Assembly: GCA_964556425.1 (NCBI GenBank)
Contig: CAZKWC010000006.1
Span: 2,622-66,621 of the forward strand
Reading direction: 5' to 3'
DNA from: an uncultured Limnohabitans sp.
GTDB lineage: Bacteria > Pseudomonadota > Gammaproteobacteria > Burkholderiales > Burkholderiaceae_C
Length of the DNA stretch: 64,000 nt
Shown here piece after piece: positions 52,131 through 62,122 of this stretch. The position numbers and the translations under genes were made by a program. How positions within the stretch are numbered: position 1 is the first letter of the stretch; every line of letters starts with the position of its first letter. The notes below the pieces were generated by a model. It had not been told where the DNA came from. It was given only the letters and a program-made list of their open reading frames with translations, and searched no databases.

Positions 52131-53405
52131 TTAACAACCTCTGGTAATTGGCATTTCTACTGCAGGATTGTTAGGGCTATATTTACCCAATTCAAGTTTA
52201 GCAATGGCATTGCGGTGAACTTCATCTGGACCATCTGCAAAACGAAGGGTTCTGGCATTGGCATAAGCACTAGCCAATGGGAAATCATCACATAAACCAC
52301 CACCACCATGCACTTGAATGGCCCAATCAATCACTTGGCAAGCCATATTAGGTGCTACTACTTTAATCATGGCAATTTCTGATTTGGCCACTTTATTACC
52401 AGCGGTATCCATTAACCATGCTGCTTTTAAAGTAAGCAAACGTGCCATGTCAATTTGGCAACGAGCTTCTGCAATACGCTCTTGGGTAACCGTTTGGGTA
52501 GAAACCGCTTTACCAAAAGCAACTCGACTGCTGGCGCGTCTGCACATGAGTTCAAGGGCTCGTTCTGCTAATCCAATTAAACGCATGCAATGATGAATAC
52601 GCCCTGGGCCTAAGCGACCTTGGGCAATTTCAAAACCTCTACCTTCACCCAATAAAATATTGGAGGCAGGTACTCTGACGTTTTCAAAATACATTTCAAC
52701 ATGGCCATGTGGGGCATCGTCATAACCAAATACAGTAAGAGGTCTGACGATTCTAATACCAGGTGTGTTAGCGGGCACTAAAACCATACTTTGTTGTGAG
52801 TGACGAGCCGCTTCTGGATCGGTTTTCCCCATTACGATAAAAATGGCACAACGTGGGTCACCGGCTCCAGAAATCCACCATTTATGTCCGTTAATTACAT
52901 ATTCATCGCCATCGCGTTCAATGCGAGTGGAAATATTGGTGGCATCACTAGAGGCTACCTCTGGTTCAGTCATAGCAAATGCGGATCGGATTTCTCCCGC
53001 TAACAAAGGTTTTAACCAGCGCTCACGGTTTTCTTCAGAGCCGTAGCGGGCAATAGTTTCCATATTGCCAGTGTCAGGAGCAGAACAATTAAACACTTCA
53101 CTAGACCAAGGTACTCTGCCCATAATTTCAGCTAGAGGTGCATATTCTTGATTGGTTAAACCAGCACCCTCGACACCTGCAGCAGCGGCCGAATCAACGG
53201 GTAAAAATAAATTCCAAAGGCCCTGTTCTTTTGCTTTCTTTTTCAGTTCCTCTATGGTTTGCAATGGCGTCCAACGTTTGTTATTTTGTGTGTTTTCAAG
53301 CAATTCTTTTTCAACTAAGGCTTCAGCAGGATAAATATAATCGTGCATAAATTGATTGAGTTTGGCTTGAAGCTCTTTTGTTTTGGGTGAATAATCAAAA
53401 TCCAT
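52131..53405 (-). CDS. Acyl-CoA dehydrogenase family protein, ACAD10/11-LvaC-like
   Basis: 424 aa with the ACAD fold and a C-terminal [18 protein letters not shown]. It lies immediately downstream of a phosphotransferase gene. Confidence 0.82.
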   Translation of the reverse strand: MDFDYSPKTKELQAKLNQFMHDYIYPAEALVEKELLENTQNNKRWTPLQTIEELKKKAKEQGLWNLFLPVDSAAAAGVEGAGLTNQEYAPLAEIMGRVPWSSEVFNCSAPDTGNMETIARYGSEENRERWLKPLLAGEIRSAFAMTEPEVASSDATNISTRIERDGDEYVINGHKWWISGAGDPRCAIFIVMGKTDPEAARHSQQSMVLVPANTPGIRIVRPLTVFGYDDAPHGHVEMYFENVRVPASNILLGEGRGFEIAQGRLGPGRIHHCMRLIGLAERALELMCRRASSRVAFGKAVSTQTVTQERIAEARCQIDMARLLTLKAAWLMDTAGNKVAKSEIAMIKVVAPNMACQVIDWAIQVHGGGGLCDDFPLASAYANARTLRFADGPDEVHRNAIAKLELGKYSPNNPAVEMPITRGC

Positions 53406-53483
53406 AATAGATGTTTCCTGTAAAATAAAAGTGAGCGCTTAAAAGTGAAGTCAGATGGAAAAAAGGTATTTATAAAGAGGGGA

Positions 53484-54587
53484 TTAACTAGATTTTTTGG
53501 CCTGTGATTGGCAGGCGAATTGCCAAGCCAATTGGGCTAATTGCCTCACGCCTTGACTAGAGCCGGCTGCTTGATCACTCGAGGCCATACCTTGCTGAGC
53601 CCGCTTGGCAATTCCTTGCAAAATAGCGGCTATACGAAATAAGTTGTAGGCCATATAAAAATTCCAATCGGCTTTTAGCTCTTGTGCGGTACAAAATTGG
53701 GTACGTTCACAATAGGCCTGTATGTAATCGTCTTCACTAGGAATGCCCAGTGCTTGATGGTCTAAACCGCCAATGCCTCTAAAGGCGCCAGGTGGAATAT
53801 GCCAAGCCATTGCATGATAACTAAAGTCAGCAAATGGATGACCTAGTGTAGAAAGTTCCCAATCTAAAATGGCTAAAACTTTGGGCTCGGTGGGATGAAA
53901 CATTAGGTTATCAAGCCTAAAGTCACCATGCACAATACTGCTTAATTTTTCATCTTTTGCTTGCTCTGGAATGTTGCCTGGCAACCATGCCATGAGCTGG
54001 TCCATTTCAGTAATAGGCTCGGTTATAGAGGCTACATATTGTTTACTCCAACGACCAATTTGTCTTTCAAAATAATTGCCAGGTTTGCCATAATCCGCAA
54101 GGCCACAGGCTTGTACATTGACTTTGTGCAAAGTGGCAATCACTCGGTTCATTTCTTGGTAGATTTCTCCTCTTTGTTGTTCGGTCATGCCTGGTAAAGC
54201 CTGATCCCAAAGTATTCTGCCTTTAACAAACTCCATAATATAAAAGGCTCTACCAATGACGGATTCATCCTCGCAAATTGCCAGCATTTTAGCGACTGGA
54301 ACATCGGTAGAACCTAGGGCTGACATGACTTTATATTCTCGTTCTATGGCATGAGCAGAGGGTAATAATTTAGCCACTGGTCCAGGCTTGGCTCGCATCA
54401 CATAGGTCATATGAGGCGTTACTAATTGATAAGTAGGGTTGGATTGTCCACCTTTGAACATTTCAACTGTTAATGGTCCCTCAAAACCTGCTAGATTTTG
54501 TTCTAACCATTGTGTTAGAGCAACTACATCAAAACGATGTTTTTCAGACACTGAACGAGTGCCAACAAATTGATCAAAACCAGTCAT
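53484..54587 (-). CDS. Phosphotransferase (APH/choline-kinase fold) family protein, ACAD10/11 N-domain/LvaA-like
   Basis: ATG 54587. It has the Brenner motif VHGDFRLDNLMF and ILDWELSTLGHP. The N-terminal GGQSNPTYQL is typical of this subfamily. Confidence 0.82.
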   Translation of the reverse strand: MTGFDQFVGTRSVSEKHRFDVVALTQWLEQNLAGFEGPLTVEMFKGGQSNPTYQLVTPHMTYVMRAKPGPVAKLLPSAHAIEREYKVMSALGSTDVPVAKMLAICEDESVIGRAFYIMEFVKGRILWDQALPGMTEQQRGEIYQEMNRVIATLHKVNVQACGLADYGKPGNYFERQIGRWSKQYVASITEPITEMDQLMAWLPGNIPEQAKDEKLSSIVHGDFRLDNLMFHPTEPKVLAILDWELSTLGHPFADFSYHAMAWHIPPGAFRGIGGLDHQALGIPSEDDYIQAYCERTQFCTAQELKADWNFYMAYNLFRIAAILQGIAKRAQQGMASSDQAAGSSQGVRQLAQLAWQFACQSQAKKSS

Positions 54588-54631
54588 AAAACAGCAATTC
54601 AAAATGAAAATAGAGAGTTAGAAGATTAATT

Positions 54632-54645
54632 TTGATACCAATCAG
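54632..54645. promoter_or_regulatory. Candidate Crp/Fnr-family operator
   Basis: TTGATACCAATCAG fits TTGAT-N4-ATCAA with one mismatch, and an additional ATCAA lies at 54648-54652. The box is 45-58 nt upstream of the phosphotransferase ATG. Confidence 0.4.
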
Positions 54646-54680
54646 ATATCAATTAACTGGTAACTAACTAGCTATTGGTT

Positions 54681-54721
54681 AAAAAAAAAGACTCATTCCT
54701 AGTGAACTAGAAAATGAGTCT
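54681..54721 (-). terminator. Rho-independent terminator after the Crp-family gene
   Basis: On the minus strand, stem AGACTCATT/AATGAGTCT is followed by TTTTTTTTT. Confidence 0.8.
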
Positions 54722-54790
54722 TGCGAATAAGGTTTACTACTTTTTGAACAAAAGTAGTGACCTTGTTAAAACAAAAATGAGCTAAAAAAT

Positions 54791-55510
54791 TTAATCGTTG
54801 AGCTCCACAATACGCATCAGTCGCTCGCGATCTCGAATGACTAAACCATTGGCTTCTACCCGTATTGCTTCTTCCCGCTCCATGGCCTTTAGCTCTTGGT
54901 TGACCCTCTGACGAGATGCTCCCACTAGCTGTGCTAATTCTTCTTGAGCTAGCTGCAAACTGATTCGAATCTCGTGATGATTGGATAAGCTTGGTACGCC
55001 ATAACTGCGTACCAAATGCAATAATTGTTTGGCCAAGCGAGAGCGTAGCGGTAGGGTGTTGAGGTCTTCTACTAGGCCATAAAGTTGGCGAATTCGGCGC
55101 GATTGCAAACGAAGCATAGCGTCGTAGAACTCTACATGAGTAGCTAAAATTTTGCGAAAATCGGCTGTTGCCACACATAAAATGGTGCAGTCCCCGTGTG
55201 CGTAGGCATCGTGTGTTCGACGGTCTCCATCGAGAATCGACACATCGCCAAACCAAATCCCAGGCTCGACATAGGTGAGTGTAATTTGTTTGCCAGAAAT
55301 AGAAATAGAACTGACACGCACGGCCCCCTTGGCACAAGCAATCCATGAATCGGGTGGATCGCCACGTGCTGCAATTATTTGACCATCTTTGTATCTGCGA
55401 ACAAATGCACATCGGAGAATATCGTGACGTAATGAAGGGGAAAGGGTAGAAAACCATCGACCTGCGTTGATGGCTTCTCTTTCCTCTATAGTAAGCATTG
55501 GTTCGTGCAT
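54791..55510 (-). CDS. Crp/Fnr-family transcriptional regulator (no Fnr Cys cluster)
   Basis: 239 aa. A cNMP-binding-like beta-barrel is joined to a C-terminal HTH (ISLQLAQEELAQLVGASRQRVNQELK). Confidence 0.88.
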   Translation of the reverse strand: MHEPMLTIEEREAINAGRWFSTLSPSLRHDILRCAFVRRYKDGQIIAARGDPPDSWIACAKGAVRVSSISISGKQITLTYVEPGIWFGDVSILDGDRRTHDAYAHGDCTILCVATADFRKILATHVEFYDAMLRLQSRRIRQLYGLVEDLNTLPLRSRLAKQLLHLVRSYGVPSLSNHHEIRISLQLAQEELAQLVGASRQRVNQELKAMEREEAIRVEANGLVIRDRERLMRIVELND

Positions 55511-55623
55511 AGTCTGTCTTTTGTGTGACTGTAATCAGTACGGGTTGAAAATGCAAAATAAAGAGCCATCGTCTTAAAGGAATTCTTGCAGTCCTTGAAG
55601 GCGATAGCCCAAAGATGTCAATA

Positions 55624-57165
55624 TTAAACTTGTTCGGCTTGCAAAAGGCTTAAACCTAAAGCCGCACGCCTTCTTAACCATGGTGATGGACGATAACGCA
55701 TATCACCATAAACAGTCTGCATGTTGAATAAAATTTCTAAAATATTTGCAGGGTCTAGCATATTGCCAAAGCCTAAAGGTCCTTGTGGGTAACCTAGGCC
55801 AATTTGTACTGCTTTATCTAAGTCTTCAGGGCTACAAATATTTTGTTGGCAAATATCGGAACCAATATTCACAATGGTTGCAACTACCCTTTGGCTCACA
55901 AAACCAGCGCTGTCTTTAATCACGCTAACTGGCTTTGCGTCAGCAGAAAAAATCGCTTGTGCTTTTTGAAGCATATCAAGGCGTGTTGCCGGGTTGCTGG
56001 CAATGACTCGGCGTTTGCTGATGGCGTCATCTACCAACATATCAATGCCAACTGTACGGGTAGGGTCAAGTCTTTCAACGGCTGCCAAAGTGGTGACGTC
56101 AAATCCCATAGGAGCGACCATAATTAAGGCCGTCGGGCTTGGCATCGCACCAGTTTCAATGGTGGCTCCTAAATTTTTAAGTAGGGCTAACAAGCCTTGG
56201 CGACGAGACGCTTTAGGTGAGACCCAAACGCTTGGCCAATCAGAAGCGGAAATTGCAGTAGTGCTAGCCAGGTTGCCATTATTTGGCAATATTTTTTGAC
56301 CTTTTTCATCGTAATTATAAAAGCCACGACCTGTTTTACGACCCAATACACCACCTGCTAAACGCTGTGCGGTAATAGGGCTAGGGCGGTAGCGGGCTTC
56401 TTGATAATATTGATCGTAAATTGATTCCATGACAGGATGCGATACATCAAGTCCGGTTAAGTCCATCAGTTCGAAGGGGCCTAATTTAAAACCAAGTTGA
56501 TCTTTTAAAATTTGGTCAACAGTAGCAAAGTCAGTGATGCTCTCGCTAATAATGCGCAGGGCTTCGGTGTTGTAACCACGTCCGGCGTGATTCACAATAA
56601 AACCAGGAGTATCTGAGGCTTTTACAGCTGTATGGCCCATTTGTTTGCCGTACTGCAAAAGGTTATCGATGTGACTGTTTTGACTTTGTAAACCAGGAAT
56701 AATTTCCACTACTTTCATGAGTGGTACAGGATTAAAAAAGTGCATACCGACTAATTGTTCTGGTCGGCTTAAGGCGGCTGCAATAGAGGTAATGGATAAA
56801 CTAGAAGTGTTGCTAGCTAAAACGCAACTCGGTTGAACAATAGCTTCAAGATTTTTAAACAAATTTTGTTTAATGCTTAAATCTTCTTTAATGGCTTCAA
56901 TAATTAAATCGCAATCGGCAAGAGCGCTTAATTCATTGGCAACACTGAGCTGCTGAGCAAAAACGCTTGCGTCTTCGGTGCTAATTTTGCCTTTATTAGC
57001 AAGCGTTGCCCACTGATCTATTAAGGCTTGTTGCGCATTGGAGGCAGCAAGCGCCATTGCATCAAATAAAACCACATGGCTTCCCGCTTGCGCTGCAAGC
57101 TGAGCAATTCCACGACCCATTGCACCGGTTCCCACGATGCCAACTTTTTTGTATAGAGCTTTCAT
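55624..57165 (-). CDS. 3-hydroxyacyl-CoA dehydrogenase family protein (long form)
   Basis: ATG 57165 (MKALYKKVGIVGTGAMGRGIAQ Rossmann motif). It has HADH N and C domains with a duplicated C-terminal domain. Confidence 0.85.
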   Translation of the reverse strand: MKALYKKVGIVGTGAMGRGIAQLAAQAGSHVVLFDAMALAASNAQQALIDQWATLANKGKISTEDASVFAQQLSVANELSALADCDLIIEAIKEDLSIKQNLFKNLEAIVQPSCVLASNTSSLSITSIAAALSRPEQLVGMHFFNPVPLMKVVEIIPGLQSQNSHIDNLLQYGKQMGHTAVKASDTPGFIVNHAGRGYNTEALRIISESITDFATVDQILKDQLGFKLGPFELMDLTGLDVSHPVMESIYDQYYQEARYRPSPITAQRLAGGVLGRKTGRGFYNYDEKGQKILPNNGNLASTTAISASDWPSVWVSPKASRRQGLLALLKNLGATIETGAMPSPTALIMVAPMGFDVTTLAAVERLDPTRTVGIDMLVDDAISKRRVIASNPATRLDMLQKAQAIFSADAKPVSVIKDSAGFVSQRVVATIVNIGSDICQQNICSPEDLDKAVQIGLGYPQGPLGFGNMLDPANILEILFNMQTVYGDMRYRPSPWLRRRAALGLSLLQAEQV

Positions 57166-57481
57166 AGCTTTTATTATGCACAAATTATGCAGGCTTCTTT
57201 TTACTTGTCGTTAATTTCTTTTCAATTTTGCTGCATCAACCATTTAAAACAGTAGGCTCGTGGCACTTTAAAGCGACTAATTGGTCAATTTTCAATTTTC
57301 ATAATTGCTAAAATGAGAGTGTTTAACTGGCAAGCCAGTTTTTACAATTCCTGCTATAAAAACGATTGGCAGCTATGTTCTAGATTCCTAAAGTCTTCAT
57401 AGGGGATTAAAATGCAATTCAAGGCAGATTTTCAAAATCGCCTATATAGTCGAGTCCAAACATCATCATGAAAGTTAAAAA

Positions 57482-58357
57482 ATGAAAATCTTACTGATAG
57501 GCTCAAACGGTATGATAGGTCGCTACACAAGGGCGGCGTTAGAAATTTTAGGGCACGAAGTGATTGGTTTAGTGAGGCGCCGCATACGGGCCTCTGATAT
57601 AGTGGACGACTATAGCCAAATGACAAATTCCCAGCAATGGTTAGAACATTTAAAAGGCATTGACGTAGTGATTAATGCGGTAGGTGTTTTGCGTAACACG
57701 CCCAAAACACCTATGACGGCGATTCATTATTTAGCACCAAAAGCCTTATTTGAGGCCTGTGAAAAAATGCAAATTGCCAAGGTCATTCAGATCTCTGCTT
57801 TGGGTGTAGATACAGTCAACCCTACGCTGTATCAGAGTAGTAAATTAAAAGCCGATGAATATCTAATGCAAAGTCAACTTAACTGGACTATTTTGCGTCC
57901 CAGCGTAGTATTTGCGCCAGATGGGGCTTCTGCCAAAATGTTTTTATTCTTATCAAGACTGCCTATAGTTTCACTGCCCGGCAAGGGGCAAATGAGGTTG
58001 CAACCGGTTCATATACAAGACATAGTGGCCGTTATCTTAGCTAGCATTGAAAATAAAAGCTCCACAAGAAGAAAAATCATCAACTGTGTGGGTGCAAAAG
58101 TAGTTTCTTATAAAGCCATGTTGGCAAGTTATGCCCTTCAACAAGGAAAGGGTGTGCCATTGTTTATTCCAATTCCCTTGTTTTTGATGTCATTAACCGC
58201 CAAGCTCACTGCATTACACCCAGATATTCCATTAGAGCCAGACACTTTAAAAATGTTGCTTGAAGGTAGTGCCGCTTCAACTGCTGGCATAGCTGAAGTA
58301 TTAGGCCATGAGCCCATTTCAATTGATGATTTTATTGCAACCTCAAAAAAGATCTAA
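57482..58357 (+). CDS. NAD(P)-binding atypical SDR (epimerase/dehydratase, NDUFA9-like)
   Basis: 291 aa with the N-terminal motif MKILLIGSNGMIGRY. Confidence 0.7.
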   Translation: MKILLIGSNGMIGRYTRAALEILGHEVIGLVRRRIRASDIVDDYSQMTNSQQWLEHLKGIDVVINAVGVLRNTPKTPMTAIHYLAPKALFEACEKMQIAKVIQISALGVDTVNPTLYQSSKLKADEYLMQSQLNWTILRPSVVFAPDGASAKMFLFLSRLPIVSLPGKGQMRLQPVHIQDIVAVILASIENKSSTRRKIINCVGAKVVSYKAMLASYALQQGKGVPLFIPIPLFLMSLTAKLTALHPDIPLEPDTLKMLLEGSAASTAGIAEVLGHEPISIDDFIATSKKI

Positions 58358-58467
58358 CTTGAATTCATCATCGCTTAAAAATTTTTTTAGCAAACTAGGT
58401 GAACTGCCACCAACTTGACAGCCATCATTTCTTTCCTCAGTTATATTTGAATTTTTAAGGAGACACT

Positions 58468-59124
58468 ATGTTAAAGCTTTGCGGATTTTCAATGAGTAAT
58501 TATTACAACCAAGTGAAGTTGCAATTACTCGAAAAAGGAATTGCCTTCGAGGAAGATACAGTTTTTGTAGGACCTAGGGCTGCTCCTGATTTATTGCTTC
58601 GTTCACCATTGGGAAAAGTGCCATTTTTAGAAACCGAACAAGGCACTTTAACTGAATCTGCAGTTATTGCAGACTATATAGAACAAGCTTATCCAGAACA
58701 CTCATTAATGCCAACAGATGCTTTTGCAGCCGCCAAAGTGCGAGAGTTGGTTAAATATATTGAGTTATATTTAGAGTTACCGGCTAGAGAGTTGTATCCA
58801 CAAGCCTTTTTTGGTGGGCAAGTGAGCGACAGTACCAAAGAGCGTGTGGCTAAACAATTAGCCAAAGGTGTTGAAGGCTACAAAAAAATAATGCAGCTCA
58901 ACCCTTATCAATATGGTGATCAATTTACCATAGCCGATTGTTCTGCTGTTATTCATTTGCCAATTATCTCAATGGCGGCTAAATCGGTTTTAGGTGTTGA
59001 TTTATTTGAGGGTACAGGCGTAAAAGATTATTTAAAAACCATGTCTGCTCGCCCAGCGGTGCAAAAAGTAGCCGCAGATAGAAAAACCAGCACTGAACAA
59101 ATGATGGCTGCCAATAAAAAATAA
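58468..59124 (+). CDS. Glutathione S-transferase
   Basis: ATG 58468 follows AAGGAG. It has the thioredoxin-like N-domain (GKVPFLE, ESAVIADYI) and a helical C-domain. Confidence 0.85.
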   Translation: MLKLCGFSMSNYYNQVKLQLLEKGIAFEEDTVFVGPRAAPDLLLRSPLGKVPFLETEQGTLTESAVIADYIEQAYPEHSLMPTDAFAAAKVRELVKYIELYLELPARELYPQAFFGGQVSDSTKERVAKQLAKGVEGYKKIMQLNPYQYGDQFTIADCSAVIHLPIISMAAKSVLGVDLFEGTGVKDYLKTMSARPAVQKVAADRKTSTEQMMAANKK

Positions 59125-59254
59125 AATTAGAGAGTGATTTAAATCAACTAAAATTGGTCTGTGCCAAGGGTTGAAATGAATGACTAGACAAATTAAAAAG
59201 ACCATAACTAGTAACATTCATAGTTATAGTTATGGTCTTATATACTTTAAATGA

Positions 59255-59908
59255 ATGCTCCAAATTTATAAAATAAATATTTTGCTACCAACATTTTGTT
59301 TGGGTTTCATTATTTCTGCTCCAGCGCTATTGTTAGCACAAACTACTCAGCCCATCACGCCATCTATTGCTCAGTCCATCAATACCAAAGATTTAGTGCT
59401 TGCTTTAGTTAGTCGTCAAAACTCGGTAACCAATCCTATTCCAGCGCAGTACAAATCTTTAGATGCCATGATTATCAATGTGCTTGAAGATTCACCTAGT
59501 GGAGTATTAAAACCTTTTCCCACTCATTATGTAGTGCACTACCAACAAGCATTTAGATTAAAAATGATTGCTTCTCGAAATGGTGAGGTCGAAATTTTTC
59601 AACTTACACAAGACGGGAAACTCAATCCCAAAGCTATTTTTACTGAATCCATTAAATATGGTCAAGAAACTATTTCACAGCGAATTTTTGTAAACCCCAA
59701 TACTCAAACAAAAGCATTAATTTTAAGTTTTAAACCCAAAGAATTATTAGGTAGTAGCTCTGATCGGTGGGTACAAAAGTTATTAAGCACTGATGCTAAG
59801 CAGCTTTCAGAATACTTAAGAATGCAGCATTCCAATGTTTCGACTTATATAGTCAATACCAGTGCCAAAGAAGCAGGTGTTTTAGCCACTGTATTAGTAC
59901 AAAAGTGA
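59255..59908 (+). CDS. Exported hypothetical protein (operon gene 1)
   Basis: 217 aa with a hydrophobic N-terminus (ILLPTFCLGFIISAPALLLAQ). No family was recognised. Confidence 0.6.
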   Translation: MLQIYKINILLPTFCLGFIISAPALLLAQTTQPITPSIAQSINTKDLVLALVSRQNSVTNPIPAQYKSLDAMIINVLEDSPSGVLKPFPTHYVVHYQQAFRLKMIASRNGEVEIFQLTQDGKLNPKAIFTESIKYGQETISQRIFVNPNTQTKALILSFKPKELLGSSSDRWVQKLLSTDAKQLSEYLRMQHSNVSTYIVNTSAKEAGVLATVLVQK

Positions 59909-60018
59909 AACGATTGTGTAATCAATTGAAAATGGCCATCATTAACAACTAAAAGTGGTAGTACTTGACTAAGTTGCAATAGTTGAAGCATAGTTTTAAG
60001 ATTCGCAAAAGGAGTGAA

Positions 60019-60825
60019 ATGAACACGAGAAATAATCCAGTAATTTATTTCATTGTATTGGGACTAGTGCTAATTTCATCTGGAGTTCATGCTCAAAAAA
60101 ATGAAGTTGATTTACAAGAGAAGGAATTCTTAAGTTTTATTTCGCAATGGGCTCAAGCTTTTCAAAAACAATTGAATAATCCTGATCCTGTTGTGAGCAA
60201 AAAGACTCCTGTATTTTTTGAGCTTAAAAAGTCAGCGGCACTACAAGAGGCCAACCGCAAATCTGCAAAGGTTGGTTTTTTTGAACCTGCACCTGTTATT
60301 TTGGGCGTACCCGAATATCCAATTAAAGAAAAAATAGATAATAAATTTAACTCGCCCTATTTGCACCAGGCAATTGTGCTTAAGTTAATTGTTTTGCAAG
60401 CAGATGGTCGAACACCAACTATACAAAATTTATCTTATGCCATAAAACCAACTGACAGATTTAAGATTAGATTAACTTCGATGTTTGATGCATGGGTTAG
60501 CATTAATCAAATTTTACCTGTGCCTAATAATAGTTGGATTTTTAAAAATAATGGGCAAGTTTTTCCCCAATTAGGTAGTGCTATTTTATTAAAAAAAGAT
60601 TTTGTTATTGATTTACCCAGTGAACCAGCTGATTATTTTCAATTAGAAGATCAATTAGATGAAAAGATTGTGCTTCGTGTGAGGCACGAGCAATCTAAAA
60701 AAGATTCGGTTAACCAGCAACCTATTTATAGACGTGATTACGATGATTTATCGGCCTATGTGCAACTAGTACCGCCAGGTAAATTTCCTATTTTTGAGCA
60801 AGTGATTTCATTGCATCACAATTAA
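60019..60825 (+). CDS. Exported hypothetical protein (operon gene 2, possibly DUF4384-like)
   Basis: ATG 60019 follows AAAGGAG. It has the signal peptide VIYFIVLGLVLISSGVHAQ. The central beta-rich segment (FKIRLTSMFDAWVSINQILP ... ILLKKDFVIDLP) vaguely resembles DUF4384. Confidence 0.6.
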   Translation: MNTRNNPVIYFIVLGLVLISSGVHAQKNEVDLQEKEFLSFISQWAQAFQKQLNNPDPVVSKKTPVFFELKKSAALQEANRKSAKVGFFEPAPVILGVPEYPIKEKIDNKFNSPYLHQAIVLKLIVLQADGRTPTIQNLSYAIKPTDRFKIRLTSMFDAWVSINQILPVPNNSWIFKNNGQVFPQLGSAILLKKDFVIDLPSEPADYFQLEDQLDEKIVLRVRHEQSKKDSVNQQPIYRRDYDDLSAYVQLVPPGKFPIFEQVISLHHN

Positions 60826-60841
60826 TTTTTAAAGGTTTTAT

Positions 60842-61948
60842 ATGTCTAATTTTCGTAAAGTAGCAGGGGTTCAATTAATAATAATTTCCCATATGGGATT
60901 TTTTAGTCAGCATTCGATGGCAGGGCAGTATGACAATCAGGTTTTAGCGGAAGTCAGTGCTAAAGAATTTATTATGATTTTGGATCAGCCGGTGCCTAAA
61001 CTATTTAAACGTACACAATTGCCCAATGCACAAAATAATTTATGTACGGTAAACAATGGGCAGGCAAGCAGCGTAGCGATTGCAAGCAAGTTAAGAGTTG
61101 TTGGCGGGGCAGGAGCGAGTACTACTTTGCCAGTAAGTGGCTCTAACACTACTGCAAATACAGCTAATACCACCCAAAACAATAAGCCATCAAGCTCAGT
61201 CAGAACTAATACCACTACGGCCAACTCTAGTACTGGATCTACGACAGCCACAGGCGTAGCTCCTAATCGAACTCAATCTGGAGAAGTTCAAACTTCTGCT
61301 ACCACCTATGTTCCAAGTTTGCCAACCCCCAGAACCTCTACTTCCGCAAACACAAATACCGCCTCTAATTCGAATGTAGTTGTTCCTAGAACTACGACAG
61401 CCCCTGTGGTAGCGAACAATTTAAACAGTAATACATCTAACTCTGCTACAGTCAATACAAGTAACAACCAAGTTAGGCCAACTCAACAAGTTGCTACTAA
61501 CACCACGACCACACAAAATAGACCTGCTACAGCTAATACAGCCAACACTACGACCCAAAATAGTTCTACCACCACCACTAATGCAGATGTGCCTTATGTA
61601 GGTAATGCAATTGCCACGGTTAACTTAGCGGTTAATTTTGGCAATGATTCAGACCGATTAAGCACTCAAGATAGGGCCTTGCTGAAAGAATTAGCCTCTG
61701 CATTAAATAGTGTGGAGTTAAAGAATTCCGATTTTGCCATTGTTGGACATACTAATTCAACAGGCCCACTTCTTCGTAATTTAGAACTTTCCTGTGCGAG
61801 AGCTATTGCAGTGCGTAATTATTTAATTGATTTACGTGTCAATGCCAATCGCTTAACACCTTATGGTTTTGGCCCCGATAAACCTTTGGCCAATGTGGCA
61901 GCACAAGATGCGGTTAATCGTAGAGTAGAAATTAGCAGGGCAAAATAA
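60842..61948 (+). CDS. OmpA_C-domain peptidoglycan-binding protein with a long Thr/Asn/Ser-rich spacer
   Basis: 368 aa. The C-terminal ~110 aa form an OmpA-like domain (FAIVGHTNSTGPLLRNLELSCARAIAVRNYL ... NRRVEISR). Residues ~95-285 are low complexity. Confidence 0.8.
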   Translation: MSNFRKVAGVQLIIISHMGFFSQHSMAGQYDNQVLAEVSAKEFIMILDQPVPKLFKRTQLPNAQNNLCTVNNGQASSVAIASKLRVVGGAGASTTLPVSGSNTTANTANTTQNNKPSSSVRTNTTTANSSTGSTTATGVAPNRTQSGEVQTSATTYVPSLPTPRTSTSANTNTASNSNVVVPRTTTAPVVANNLNSNTSNSATVNTSNNQVRPTQQVATNTTTTQNRPATANTANTTTQNSSTTTTNADVPYVGNAIATVNLAVNFGNDSDRLSTQDRALLKELASALNSVELKNSDFAIVGHTNSTGPLLRNLELSCARAIAVRNYLIDLRVNANRLTPYGFGPDKPLANVAAQDAVNRRVEISRAK

Positions 61949-62057
61949 TTTTTTAAATAAAAAGCAAAGTAGGTAATGCAAAAATTACCTACTAACAAAG
62001 GTTTTGATTAAATAAATAGGGGTGTTGGCAAAAGAATATTGCCATAAATTGATGTTT

Positions 62058-62087
62058 TATTTAGCCTAGAGGCGGCTAAATTTTTTT
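62058..62087 (+). terminator. Rho-independent terminator after the OmpA-like gene
   Basis: Stem TTAGCC/GGCTAA with flanking A-T pairs is followed by TTTTTTT. Confidence 0.65.
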
Positions 62088-62122
62088 AAGTTGTTGATAG
62101 ATAACAACTTATTGAATAAAAG

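Noticed and set aside
54699-55556. 285-aa ORF overlapping the Crp-family gene on the same strand in another frame.
   Set aside because: The translation is Arg/Cys/Ser/Trp-rich with no motifs. The 239-aa frame (54791-55510) has a clear cNMP-binding fold and HTH. This is an alternative-frame artefact.
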